From the NCBI GenBank assembly GCA_045542315.1, contig JAZQKU010000075.1:3700-67699 (forward strand): DNA of 64,000 nucleotides, given 5' to 3'. The position numbers and the translations under genes were made by a program. Source of the stretch: Eubacteriales bacterium. Its GTDB lineage: Bacteria > Bacillota > Clostridia > Oscillospirales > RGIG5299. Shown here one piece after another: positions 1 through 9,035 of the stretch; the first letter of the stretch is position 1, and every line of letters starts with the position of its first letter. The notes beneath the pieces were generated by a model that saw only the letters and a program-made list of their open reading frames with translations, had not been told where the DNA came from and ran no database searches.

Positions 1-1
1 A

Positions 2-295
2 AACAGAGGTGAAAGATATGAGCTTTGCCGCTCGGTTCACGCCGAGGCAAACGCGATCATCGCCGCCAAAAGAGAGGAAATGCTCGGCGCAACTCTTTAC
101 CTTGTTGGCAGAGAGATGAAGACGGGCGAGCTTATGAGTGACGCAAACTCCTGCGCAATGTGCAAGCGTCTTATCATCAACGCGGGCATTTCTCGCGTAG
201 TTATAAGAAACGACAGAGAAAAATATACCGTCGTTGACGTCCGCGACTGGATCTACAAGGACGATTCTCTCGGAGAAAGCTTCGGCTACTGATTT
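2..295 (+). CDS. comEB: dCMP/cytidine deaminase family protein (ComEB-like), C-terminal part; the 5' end lies outside the window
   Basis: The frame is open from position 2. The translation contains RSVHAEANAI (H-A-E zinc/catalytic motif) and NSCAMCKRLIINAGI (C-x-x-C motif), both typical of deoxycytidylate deaminases. ORF-track entry 80..292 is the tail of this frame. Confidence 0.8.
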
Positions 296-320
296 TTAGT
301 TTAAAAGGAAGTGATCTTCC

Positions 321-1850
321 GTGTATGCAACCGTGTGGTCAATAGGACTTACGGGAATATCGGGGCAAAAGGTAAAGATAGAGGCGGATTTTGCAGAGGG
401 CAAATCCTCCTTTGATATCGTCGGCCTTCCCGACGCCGCCGTTAAGGAGTCGAAGGAGCGGGTACGCTTCGCGATGTTAAACAGCGGATATATCTTCCCC
501 GAGGGAAAGATAACGGTAAATCTTGCGCCCGCTTGCGTGAGAAAGGAAGGCTCGGCGTTTGACCTTGCCGTATGCCTTGCTCTTACGATAGCAAGCGGTC
601 AGGCCGCTCCCGCCTCCGATAAGACCGCCTTTTTGGGTGAGATTTCATTAAACGGCGAGCTTGTTGCAACGAAGGGAATTCTCCCTGCGGTAATGTCTGC
701 AAAGGAGCTTGGCTTTGAGGAGATAATAATTCCCGCCGCAAACGCTCTTGAGGCAGCGGCGGTAAGAAATACGGGCGCACGCGCCGCATCCTCTCTTCCC
801 GAGGCAGTGGCGCATATTTCAGGGAAAAAGCCTATTCCCGAAATTGAATATTTGCCCTTTGCACCCACCCACTCGGTTGACAGCGCCTTTGATTTTGCCG
901 ACGTAAAGGGGCAGATAATGGCAAAAAGGGCAATGGAGATAGCCGCCGCGGGCGGTCATAACCTGTTGCTTATTGGACCTCCCGGCTCGGGAAAGAGCAT
1001 GCTTGCCAAGCGGCTTCCCTCAATTATGCCGCCGATAAGCTATAACGAGGCCATCGAAACCACTAAAATATATTCGGTTGCGGGTCTTCTTTCAAAGGAA
1101 ACGCCCGTTATAACCGAGCGACCCTTCCGTTCGCCTCACCATACCGCCACCGTTGCGGGGCTTACGGGCGGCGGCTCGGTGCCGCGTCCCGGAGAAATAT
1201 CGCTTGCCCATAACGGAGTGCTGTTTTTAGATGAGCTTCCCGAATTTCAAAAGACCGCTCTCGAGGTGCTTCGTCAGCCGCTTGAGGACGGAAAAATAAC
1301 GATAGCGCGCGCCGCGGTAACCGTTTCTTACCCTTCGGATATTCTCGTGGTCGCGGCGATGAACCCCTGCCGCTGCGGATATTACGGTCACCCCACGAGA
1401 AAATGCGTTTGCAGTAAGGACGCCGTTTCGAATTATCTTCAGCGCGTTTCGGGTCCGCTTCTTGACAGGCTCGACCTTCACGTTGAGGTGCCTGCCGCGC
1501 CGTTTGAGGATTTGAGCAGCAAGGCGCTTTCGGAAAGCTCGGAGAGCATAAGAAAAAGAGTTACGGAGGCAAGAGAGCGAAGCCTTGAAAGATGCACCGC
1601 CGCAGGCGTTCAGTCCAACGCCCGCCTTTCGGGTAAGGCGCTTTCGGAGGCGGCAAGGCTTGACAGTCAAAGCGAGGCGTTTTTGAAAAACGTCTTTGAA
1701 AAGCTTGCCCTCACCGCAAGATCATACGATAAGATTTTACGAATCGCCCTTACGGTAAGCGATTTGAACGGAAACAAAGATGTAACGAAGGCGGATATCG
1801 CCGAGGCGTTACAGTACCGCAGTCTTGACAGAAAGTATTGGAGCAGATAA
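321..1850 (+). CDS. comM: YifB/ComM family Mg-chelatase-like ATPase
   Basis: 509 aa with Walker A GPPGSGKS, LFLDELPEF (Walker B-like) and AAMNPCRCGY, typical of the ComM/YifB family. GTG start preceded by AAGGAAG. Confidence 0.9.
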   Translation: MYATVWSIGLTGISGQKVKIEADFAEGKSSFDIVGLPDAAVKESKERVRFAMLNSGYIFPEGKITVNLAPACVRKEGSAFDLAVCLALTIASGQAAPASDKTAFLGEISLNGELVATKGILPAVMSAKELGFEEIIIPAANALEAAAVRNTGARAASSLPEAVAHISGKKPIPEIEYLPFAPTHSVDSAFDFADVKGQIMAKRAMEIAAAGGHNLLLIGPPGSGKSMLAKRLPSIMPPISYNEAIETTKIYSVAGLLSKETPVITERPFRSPHHTATVAGLTGGGSVPRPGEISLAHNGVLFLDELPEFQKTALEVLRQPLEDGKITIARAAVTVSYPSDILVVAAMNPCRCGYYGHPTRKCVCSKDAVSNYLQRVSGPLLDRLDLHVEVPAAPFEDLSSKALSESSESIRKRVTEARERSLERCTAAGVQSNARLSGKALSEAARLDSQSEAFLKNVFEKLALTARSYDKILRIALTVSDLNGNKDVTKADIAEALQYRSLDRKYWSR

Positions 1851-1851
1851 A

Positions 1852-2718
1852 ATGAGGCTTACCGATATAAACGAAATAAAGAGGCTTGCCGGAAAGCACG
1901 GCTTTCGGTTTTCAAAAACCCTCGGTCAGAACTTTCTTACCGATGAGGAGGTGGTTGAGGAGACCGCTTTTGCTTCCGCCGAAAACGGAGTAAAATACGT
2001 CCTTGAGGTAGGTCCCGGCTTCGGAGTGCTTACCGAAAAGCTTTCGAAGCAGTATGAAAAGGTGGTTGCGGTTGAAATAGACCGCGCTGTTTTGCCGGTT
2101 TTGGAGGAAACTCTTGCAAACTGCGAAAACGTCACCGTTATTAACGCCGACGTTATGAAAACAGACCTTCACGCCCTTATAAACGAGCATTTTGAGGGTG
2201 GGCCGATAAACGTTGCGGCGAATTTACCCTACTACATAACAACCCCCGTTATAACCTCGCTTCTGGAATCGGGCGCGAATATCGCCTCGATAACCGTTAT
2301 GGTGCAAAAGGAGGTTGCCGACAGGCTCGTAGCCGCTCCCGGCTCGAAGGACTGCGGTGCGATAACCGCCGCAGTGGCTTACAGAGCAAGAGCGAAAAAG
2401 CTTTTTGACGTGCCGCCCGAAAGCTTTATTCCCGCGCCGAAGGTCACCTCAAGCGTTATAAAGCTTGAAATGCTTTCGGAGCCTGCGGTAAAGGTTTTTG
2501 AGGAAAAATTATTTTTTGAAATTATCAAAGCGGCTTTCGCCCAAAGAAGAAAGCAGCTTTCAAACTCCCTTGCAAACGCATTTCCGCGCTTCTCGAAGGA
2601 AACGGTGCAAAGGGCAATAGAGCAAGCGGGGCTTTCCCCCGACGTGCGCGGCGAAAAGCTTACTCTTGATGATTTTGCCGCAATAAGCGATTTTTTATCC
2701 AAAGGAGATAATATATAA
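1852..2718 (+). CDS. rsmA: 16S rRNA (adenine1518/1519-N6)-dimethyltransferase RsmA/KsgA
   Basis: Motifs LGQNFL, VLEVGPGFGVLT (SAM-binding) and NLPYYITT. The ATG at 1852 follows GGAG and sits 1 nt after the comM stop, so the ORF-track start at 1825 is probably too early. Confidence 0.9.
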   Translation: MRLTDINEIKRLAGKHGFRFSKTLGQNFLTDEEVVEETAFASAENGVKYVLEVGPGFGVLTEKLSKQYEKVVAVEIDRAVLPVLEETLANCENVTVINADVMKTDLHALINEHFEGGPINVAANLPYYITTPVITSLLESGANIASITVMVQKEVADRLVAAPGSKDCGAITAAVAYRARAKKLFDVPPESFIPAPKVTSSVIKLEMLSEPAVKVFEEKLFFEIIKAAFAQRRKQLSNSLANAFPRFSKETVQRAIEQAGLSPDVRGEKLTLDDFAAISDFLSKGDNI

Positions 2719-3915
2719 ATGGACTACATTTTTTCAGACAGAATTTCGGGCTTAAAGCCGAGCGCAATAAGAGAAATACTCAAATACGGCTCCGATCCTA
2801 AAATGATAGCATTTTCTGCGGGCAACCCCGCTCCCGAGTCGTTTCCCGTTTCCGAAATGAAGGAGATCTCGGCGGAGATATTCGACACGATGCCCTCGCT
2901 TGCCCTTCAGTACGGCATTACCGAGGGATACACTCCCCTTCGTGAGAAGGTAAGGGCGCGCCTTATTAAAAAATTCGAAAGCGTTTCCGATAACGATGAG
3001 GTGATCATCACGTCGGGCGGTCAGCAGGGGCTTGAGCTTGCCTGCAAGGTGCTTTGCAACGAGCACGACACGGTGCTTTGCGAGGACCCCTCCTTTATAG
3101 GCGCTTTAAACTCCTTCCGTTCCTATAACGTAAACCTCGTCGGCGTTGAAACCGACTCGGAGGGTATTATAATCGAAAGGCTTGAGGAGGCACTCAAAAA
3201 AGAGAAAAACGTGCGCTTCCTTTACACTATTCCCACCTTCCACAACCCCACGGGAAAGACTCTTTCTCTTGAAAGAAGAAAAGCGATATATGAGCTTGCC
3301 TGCAAATATAATATAATTATCCTTGAGGATAACCCCTACGGCGAGCTTCGCTTCAAGGGAAAAGACGTTCCCACGATAAAGTCGATGGATAAAGAGGGCA
3401 GAGTTATCTATGCGGGAAGCTTCTCGAAGATACTTTCTGCGGGAATACGAATCGGCTTCGTTTCGGCGCCGAAGGAGATAGCGTCAAAGATGACGGTTGC
3501 AAAGCAGGTGTCCGACGTTCACACCAATCAGTTCTTCCAGATACTTGCCGACAAATATCTTGAAAAATACGATCTCGATACCCATATTGCAAAAATAAGA
3601 GAGCTTTATTTCAAAAAGGCGTCGCTTATGAGAAACGGGCTTTTGGAAAGCTCGAAGGGAATTTCAGATAAGGTAAGCTACACCGACCCCGAGGGCGGTC
3701 TCTTTATGTGGGCAGAGCTTCCCAAGGGCTTTGACGTTATAGCTTTCTCGAAGGTGCTTCTTGAAAACTGTGTTGCGATAGTCCCCGGCGTTGCCTTTGC
3801 GGCAGATCCCTCGGTGCCCGTTTCGGCATTCCGCTTAAACTACTCCACTCCCTCCGATGAGCAGATCATAAAGGGAACCGAAATAGTGGGCAAAGAGCTT
3901 GCAAAATTACTTTAA
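2719..3915 (+). CDS. PLP-dependent aminotransferase, class I/II (aminoadipate/aromatic aminotransferase-like)
   Basis: 398 aa with SFSKILSAGIRIGF (PLP-lysine SxSK motif) and the HNPTG motif. RBS AAAGGAGA upstream. The start directly abuts the rsmA stop. Confidence 0.8.
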   Translation: MDYIFSDRISGLKPSAIREILKYGSDPKMIAFSAGNPAPESFPVSEMKEISAEIFDTMPSLALQYGITEGYTPLREKVRARLIKKFESVSDNDEVIITSGGQQGLELACKVLCNEHDTVLCEDPSFIGALNSFRSYNVNLVGVETDSEGIIIERLEEALKKEKNVRFLYTIPTFHNPTGKTLSLERRKAIYELACKYNIIILEDNPYGELRFKGKDVPTIKSMDKEGRVIYAGSFSKILSAGIRIGFVSAPKEIASKMTVAKQVSDVHTNQFFQILADKYLEKYDLDTHIAKIRELYFKKASLMRNGLLESSKGISDKVSYTDPEGGLFMWAELPKGFDVIAFSKVLLENCVAIVPGVAFAADPSVPVSAFRLNYSTPSDEQIIKGTEIVGKELAKLL

Positions 3916-3928
3916 GAGGTGAAAATAT

Positions 3929-4723
3929 ATGGCAAAAATTGATTTTAACGCCAAAAAAGGCTTTATCTCCGATATGGACGGCGTTATCTATCACGGTAAC
4001 AAAATTCTTCCCGGAGTTGCCGAGTTTATTGAGTGGTTAAGCACCGAGAAAAAGGAATATCTTTTTCTCACAAACAACTCGAGCTACACCCCATTGGAGC
4101 TTCAGTATAAGCTTAAGAGAATGGGACTTGAGGTCCCCGAGCATCATTTCTACACCAGCGCACTTGCAACCGCAAGCTTTTTAAAGGATCAGGCGCCCGG
4201 TTGTTCGGTTTACGTTATAGGTGAGGCAGGTCTTACCCACGCTCTTTATGAGGTGGGCTGCACGATGAACGAAGTAAACCCCGATTACGTTGTTGTGGGT
4301 GAAGGTAAAACCTATACGTTAGACACCCTTACCAAAGCAACCAACCTCGTTTTGAAGGGCGCAAAGCTTATCGGTGCAAATTCCGATATTTCGGGTCCCA
4401 TCGAAAACGGCATTGCTCCCGCTTGCCGCGCTCTTGTTGCACCTATTGAAATGGCGGCAGGCGTTGAGGCGTATTTCTGCGGCAAGCCCAATCCTCTTAT
4501 GATGCGCTCGGCTCTTAAGAAGCTCGGCGTTCACTCGGAGGAGGCGGTTCTCGTGGGTGACAGAATGGATACCGACGTAGTTTCCGGTCTTGAATCGGGT
4601 ATGTCGACCGTTTTGGTGCTTTCGGGCATTTCAACTCCCGAAACTCTCAAAAGCTACGGCTACGGCCCCTCAATGGTGCTTGACGGCGTAGGCGACATCG
4701 TTAAAATTGCAAAGGAAGGATAA
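3929..4723 (+). CDS. HAD-IIA family hydrolase (NagD-like sugar phosphatase)
   Basis: N-terminal DMDGVIY (DxDG nucleophile motif), LTNNS, GKPNPLMM and VGDRMDTD motifs. Confidence 0.8.
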   Translation: MAKIDFNAKKGFISDMDGVIYHGNKILPGVAEFIEWLSTEKKEYLFLTNNSSYTPLELQYKLKRMGLEVPEHHFYTSALATASFLKDQAPGCSVYVIGEAGLTHALYEVGCTMNEVNPDYVVVGEGKTYTLDTLTKATNLVLKGAKLIGANSDISGPIENGIAPACRALVAPIEMAAGVEAYFCGKPNPLMMRSALKKLGVHSEEAVLVGDRMDTDVVSGLESGMSTVLVLSGISTPETLKSYGYGPSMVLDGVGDIVKIAKEG

Positions 4724-4799
4724 CCGAAATTTATCTGTTGACAGCGGCTTTTTCTTTTGATATAATAAAAATAATCCTATAAGAAAGGTAAGACTTATA

Positions 4800-5705
4800 A
4801 TGAAAAAACTCACAGTTATCACACTCGTAATGGCACTTTTACTCGCACTTTGCTTTTCGGGTAATGCGGCGGCGCTTCCCGAGGGCTGGATCCACACCGA
4901 AGAGGGCGGTGCATCGGCAAACAACTTTTATTTAAACGATGACGGCTCCGTTTCAATGGGATGGGGCAACCCCGACGTTTATTGGGCAAACCTCGGCGTA
5001 GCCTACGATGTTTCGGAGTTTAACAACAACTACACCGCAACGGTTGACGTTTACGTTCCCTCAAAGGTAATAAACGGAGAAACCGTTATTACCGGTGCTC
5101 CCGTAATCGGCGTTAAAGCAAACTTTGACGGCGGCGTTGAGAAAAACTGGATCCCCTCCTTTGCCTTCAAGCTCGTAAACTACGAGGGAGCCCCCAATAT
5201 CGATCCTTCTGCGTTTGAAAACTGGGGCGGCACCTGGAACGTAGTTGAAATCTGGGACTGCGCCCTGACCGGAACCTCGGTTACCCCCTCCTGCACCTTC
5301 TTCTCCGACCTCAATATCGTTGCGGGCGGCTGGAATAAGGTAACTATCGTCGTTAAGGGCGACTACGTCGGCTGTGTTATAAACGGTCAGGTAGTTCTTG
5401 ATGCGGTTGAGATACTCAATGCAAACGGAAACTATTTCGTGCTCGGCTCAAACGGTGACTGCGGTGATAAGGCAAATATGCCCTCATACAAAAACCTTAT
5501 AATCAAATCAAATGATGATTCCGTTGCAACGCTCACGGCGTTTACCGTTGATGAAAACGCGGAAATTCCCGAAATTCCCAACCTCTATTTCCCCTCGGTG
5601 ACCACCAAACCCGAATCGAGCGAGCCTGCTCCCTCCACTCCCGATTCCTCGATAACCATTCTTCCTCCCGCTGAAAATAAGGGCGGCTGCGGAAACAAAG
5701 CATAA
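4800..5705 (+). CDS. secreted protein of unknown function
   Basis: N-terminal signal peptide (MKKLTVITLVMALLLALCFSGNAAA), a beta-rich body and a Pro/Ser-rich C-terminal tail. No family was recognised. Confidence 0.7.
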   Translation: MKKLTVITLVMALLLALCFSGNAAALPEGWIHTEEGGASANNFYLNDDGSVSMGWGNPDVYWANLGVAYDVSEFNNNYTATVDVYVPSKVINGETVITGAPVIGVKANFDGGVEKNWIPSFAFKLVNYEGAPNIDPSAFENWGGTWNVVEIWDCALTGTSVTPSCTFFSDLNIVAGGWNKVTIVVKGDYVGCVINGQVVLDAVEILNANGNYFVLGSNGDCGDKANMPSYKNLIIKSNDDSVATLTAFTVDENAEIPEIPNLYFPSVTTKPESSEPAPSTPDSSITILPPAENKGGCGNKA

Positions 5706-5716
5706 TAATTGAAATA

Positions 5717-5747
5717 AAACTCCCACCCGAGAGGGCGGGAGTTTTTT
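5717..5747 (+). terminator. rho-independent terminator after the secreted-protein gene
   Basis: Hairpin aaaactcccAccc-gaga-gggCgggagtttt with one mismatch, followed by a run of six T. Confidence 0.8.
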
Positions 5748-5964
5748 AATGAATGAAGAATAATAAACAGTTAAGGTCAAGAGCGGTTTAAACGAAATAA
5801 AAAACGGCTTTACCTTATTGGGTGATGTCCTTATCGGAGAAATAAAATAAGGGTATGGGCATAGCCGGAGGCAGTTGTTAAACAAATGCGAAACTGGCGA
5901 TAAAAACAGAAGAGAGAGTAATGCGGGAACAAATTTCCGTGAAGCTCTCTCTTCTCTGCTTTAT

Positions 5965-6146
5965 AGGTGAGTGATATTGCCCTTCGGGCAGTGATATTGT
6001 TCGGCTTTGCCTCGCAGTGATATTCTATTCGCCTTAAAACTTGCGAAGCAAATATCACTCGGCGACAGCCGAATATCACTGCGCAGCAATAGAACTCGCC
6101 GCAGGCGAATAGAACTGGCGTGATACTCCGTTAAGAGTATCACGCC
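5965..6146. repeat. cluster of GTGATATT-type direct repeats and their inverted copies (AATATCAC), ending in a perfect 12-bp hairpin
   Basis: GTGATATT occurs at 5971, 5991 and 6017. AATATCAC occurs at 6051 and 6072. ttctattcgcc at 6023-6033 is complementary to ggcgaatagaa at 6103-6113. The hairpin ggcgtgatactc-cgttaa-gagtatcacgcc lies at 6117-6146. The region is non-coding, between convergent genes. Confidence 0.8.
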
Positions 6147-6164
6147 ATTGGCAAAGCCGTTTTG

Positions 6165-6494
6165 TTATTTGTGAATTATAACTCTTTTCGCGTAGATCTG
6201 ACCGGGATAGCTCATCATTATCTGACCGCTGTATTCCACCGTGATAACCGTGCCCTCGGAAATATCTTCTCTTGATGCGGACTCGCCGCCTTCAAAAAGA
6301 TAAACGGTGGCGTTGTCGGTAAGTGCCCAGAAGACCCCCGAAACATAGGTGCTTTCGGTGACGGTAAAATCAATATGATCGCCTATATCGTTTACCGTGC
6401 CGGTAAGGGTATATAATGGAGTGCTTTTTGCACAGCCCGCAACCGCAAGGCAGACGGCAACGAGCAAAACTGCCGTTAAAATTGCTTTTTTCAT
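6165..6494 (-). CDS. small lipoprotein of unknown function
   Basis: 109 aa. A signal peptide ends in the lipobox LAVAGC, followed by a small beta-rich domain. Confidence 0.7.
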   Translation of the reverse strand: MKKAILTAVLLVAVCLAVAGCAKSTPLYTLTGTVNDIGDHIDFTVTESTYVSGVFWALTDNATVYLFEGGESASREDISEGTVITVEYSGQIMMSYPGQIYAKRVIIHK

Positions 6495-6502
6495 TGTTTA
6501 CC

Positions 6503-7540
6503 TCATCTTATTCTCGGAAGTAAGCCGACCTTTTTATAGACCTTTGAAAGAACTCGGCAGGCAATGTAGGAGGCTCTTTCTGCGCCTTCCTTTATGCACT
6601 CCTCAAGATAAGCCTTGTCCTTCATAAGCTCGTCATAGCGCTCGCGAATGGGAGCAAGCGAATCGGCAACCGTTTCGCCCACAGCCATCTTGAAGTCGCC
6701 GTAGCCCTTACCTTGAAATTCGGCTTCAAGCTCGGAAATGGATCTGCCGGTGAAGGCGGACATAATGGTAAGAAGGTTGTTGATGCCGTCCTTACCCTCT
6801 TTATAGACTATCTCTGCGTCGGAGTCGGTGACCGCACGCTTGAATTTTCTCATAACGGTATCCTTATCGTCTAAAATGAGAACGTAAGCGTTCTGGTTTG
6901 CATCGGACTTGCTCATCTTTTTAGTGGGCTCGGCAAGCGATTTGACTCTCGCGCCGTAGGTGGGAATAAAGCTTTCGGGAACGTTGAAAACGTCGCCGTA
7001 AACGGAGTTGAAGCGAACGGCAATATCTCTTGCAAGCTCAACGTGCTGGCGCTGATCCTCACCGACGGGAACGACCTCGGTGTTGTAAAGCAGAATATCT
7101 GCCGCCATAAGCGAGGGATAGGTGAAAAGGCCTGCGTTTATATTGTCGGCGTTCTTTTGGGATTTATCCTTAAACTGCGTCATTCTCGAAAGCTCGCCGA
7201 ACATCGTGTAGCAGGAGAGGATCCACGAAAGCTCGGCATGCTCCGCAACGTGGCTCTGAATAAATACGGGGTGCTTTTTCGCGTCGATTCCGCAGGCGAT
7301 AAGGGAAGCCGCCATACCGAGGGTGTTTTTGCGAAGCTCGGCGGGATTCTGACGGACGGTGAGAGCGTGAAGGTCGGCAACCGAGAAGATGCTGTCGTAT
7401 TCGTCCTGAAGTATTTTCCAGTTCTTTATTGCTCCGAGATAGTTTCCGAGGGTGAGGTTGCCGCTCGGCTGAATTGCGGAAAACATTCTCTTTTGCTTTA
7501 CTTCCGCCGGCGCGTTTTGATTGTTTAACTGTTCGTTCAT
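6503..7540 (-). CDS. trpS: tryptophan--tRNA ligase
   Basis: Class I aaRS motifs TLGNYLGA (HIGH-like) and KMSKS, with overall TrpS-like sequence. The ATG at 7540 has an AAGGAG RBS, so the ORF-track start at 7588 is probably upstream of the real start. Confidence 0.9.
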   Translation of the reverse strand: MNEQLNNQNAPAEVKQKRMFSAIQPSGNLTLGNYLGAIKNWKILQDEYDSIFSVADLHALTVRQNPAELRKNTLGMAASLIACGIDAKKHPVFIQSHVAEHAELSWILSCYTMFGELSRMTQFKDKSQKNADNINAGLFTYPSLMAADILLYNTEVVPVGEDQRQHVELARDIAVRFNSVYGDVFNVPESFIPTYGARVKSLAEPTKKMSKSDANQNAYVLILDDKDTVMRKFKRAVTDSDAEIVYKEGKDGINNLLTIMSAFTGRSISELEAEFQGKGYGDFKMAVGETVADSLAPIRERYDELMKDKAYLEECIKEGAERASYIACRVLSKVYKKVGLLPRIR

Positions 7541-7633
7541 AAAAATATCTCCTTGCAATATGGGTGTTTTTGTTAAAATTTCTTGCACTTTTATTGAGTT
7601 TATAGTATTATATTATATAGAGATTAAAAAAGA

Positions 7634-7983
7634 AAGCGAGCAAACCCGTAAGCCGAGTTCTGTTCTATGCAATCATCTATCTCGAGCAGCCGTTACCGAC
7701 TGCCTCAAGCCACCATGGAAACGGGACGGGCAGCCCCATATGCTTCGCAGCGGTGTTGCTCCGGATAGGGTTTACAGGAAGCCTGTGTTACCATAGGCTT
7801 CGGTGAGCTCTTACCTCGCCTTTCCACCCTTACCTCGTAAACGAGGCGGTATATCTCTGTTGCACTTTCCCGGGAGTCGCCTCCGGCGGACGTTATCCGT
7901 TATCCTGCCCTTTGGAGCTCGGACTTTCCTCAACAGACGGTTTTTCAACGCTTGTCTGTCGCGACTGCTCGGTTTGCTCGCCG
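7634..7983 (-). ncRNA. rnpB: RNase P RNA, bacterial class A
   Basis: The minus-strand RNA reads GAGGAAAGUCCGAGCUCCAAAGGGCAGG ... GGUAAGGGUGGAAAGGCGAGGUAAGAGCUCACC ... ACAGAACUCGGCUUAC. P1 forms between 7971-7981 and 7636-7647. This is close to the E. coli M1 RNA universal core. Confidence 0.93.
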
Positions 7984-8053
7984 TTATATAATATAATATT
8001 TAGAGCGATTTGTCAAGATTTACGCGAAATATCATAAGAAAAGAGCGGAAAAA

Positions 8054-9031
8054 ATGGCTAAAAACGAACTGGAAAAGATAATAAAGAAGTCGAAAATAGA
8101 AATACTTAAGACCTTTAACGCCGCAGAATCAAAGGACTTTTTCGGCGGATTTCTCATCTATAATCCCAAGGGCACGGGGAAATTAAAGCTTATCGGCGGC
8201 ACGGGAAAGGACAGGCACTCCTACGAGATACTCACTCTTTCCGACCGTCCGCTTTTGAAGGTGCGCTCAAAAAAGACTCTTTTTGACGATGAGAGCGAAA
8301 AGGAGGTCGCGGCAGGCGTTTCCCTTGAAACGGTGCTGAAGAAAAAGCGCTTTATTGCCGACGGAGTTTGCGAAAACGATTTGAAAACAATGCTTTACCG
8401 CTCCCACGAGCTTATAAACTCGTTAAACCCCTCTCTTTATTTCGTGATAAAAAGAGATTTTTATCCCGCCTCGGGCGACGGAAGCTATTTTCAAAGCCTT
8501 AAAACCGATTTCAAAACCGAGCCGTCTTCCTCGATGCTCTACGAGGCGTCGTCGGATATAAACCATTCGCTCAGCTATCTTTTGCCCGTAAGGTCTGAGG
8601 TTAAGGATACGAGAGTTTTGAATGAAAAAATGCTTCTTTGCGGCAAAAACGCTCTCGGACTTTCGGTGGCGCTTTATCTCGGCAACGGAATAACGGTGCT
8701 TATTGACGGCCACGCCCGCGCCGCCGCCTCGGCAATGCTCGGGAAAAAGCTTTCTGCGCTTTGCATTATTCCCGCGTCGCGCTATATGAAAAAGGGCTTT
8801 AACAAATACACCATGGAATTTGCCTCGCTTTCCGCTTCAATTCCCGCCCTTCCCAAAAAATACGGCGGCGAAGGATTTTTCGATGTAAGCGACTGCGACA
8901 AGCCGGTAAAATACGTGGAAAAGCTTCTTGAAGATAAAAATCCCGCATTCGACGAGACCCCGCTTGGCAATCTCGATTCGATAGCATTCCCCACGATACA
9001 GGATATCGTGGGAGATACCCGAAAGGAATGA
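8054..9031 (+). CDS. hypothetical protein
   Basis: 325-aa ORF with host-like composition. It contains LIDGHARAAA, loosely reminiscent of the ParB/Srx-fold DGHHR motif. No secure family assignment. Confidence 0.6.
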   Translation: MAKNELEKIIKKSKIEILKTFNAAESKDFFGGFLIYNPKGTGKLKLIGGTGKDRHSYEILTLSDRPLLKVRSKKTLFDDESEKEVAAGVSLETVLKKKRFIADGVCENDLKTMLYRSHELINSLNPSLYFVIKRDFYPASGDGSYFQSLKTDFKTEPSSSMLYEASSDINHSLSYLLPVRSEVKDTRVLNEKMLLCGKNALGLSVALYLGNGITVLIDGHARAAASAMLGKKLSALCIIPASRYMKKGFNKYTMEFASLSASIPALPKKYGGEGFFDVSDCDKPVKYVEKLLEDKNPAFDETPLGNLDSIAFPTIQDIVGDTRKE

Positions 9032-9035
9032 CGTT

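Noticed and set aside
5508-6143. Minus-strand ORFs 5508..5885, 5831..6079 and 5961..6143.
   Set aside because: They span a terminator and the GTGATATT palindromic cluster. Their translations mirror the DNA repeats (for example ...SDIRLSPSDICFAS...), and none has an RBS.
7541-7990. An expected T-box leader upstream of trpS.
   Set aside because: No T-box sequence (AAnnnGGGTGGTACCGCG-like) or specifier or stem I features were found. The GC-rich structured region matches the RNase P class A core instead.
7521-7991. Two plus-strand ORFs (7521..7796 and 7803..7991).
   Set aside because: They lie entirely antisense to, or over, the RNase P RNA gene and the trpS 5' region. Their translations are low-complexity, so the rnpB call explains the sequence.
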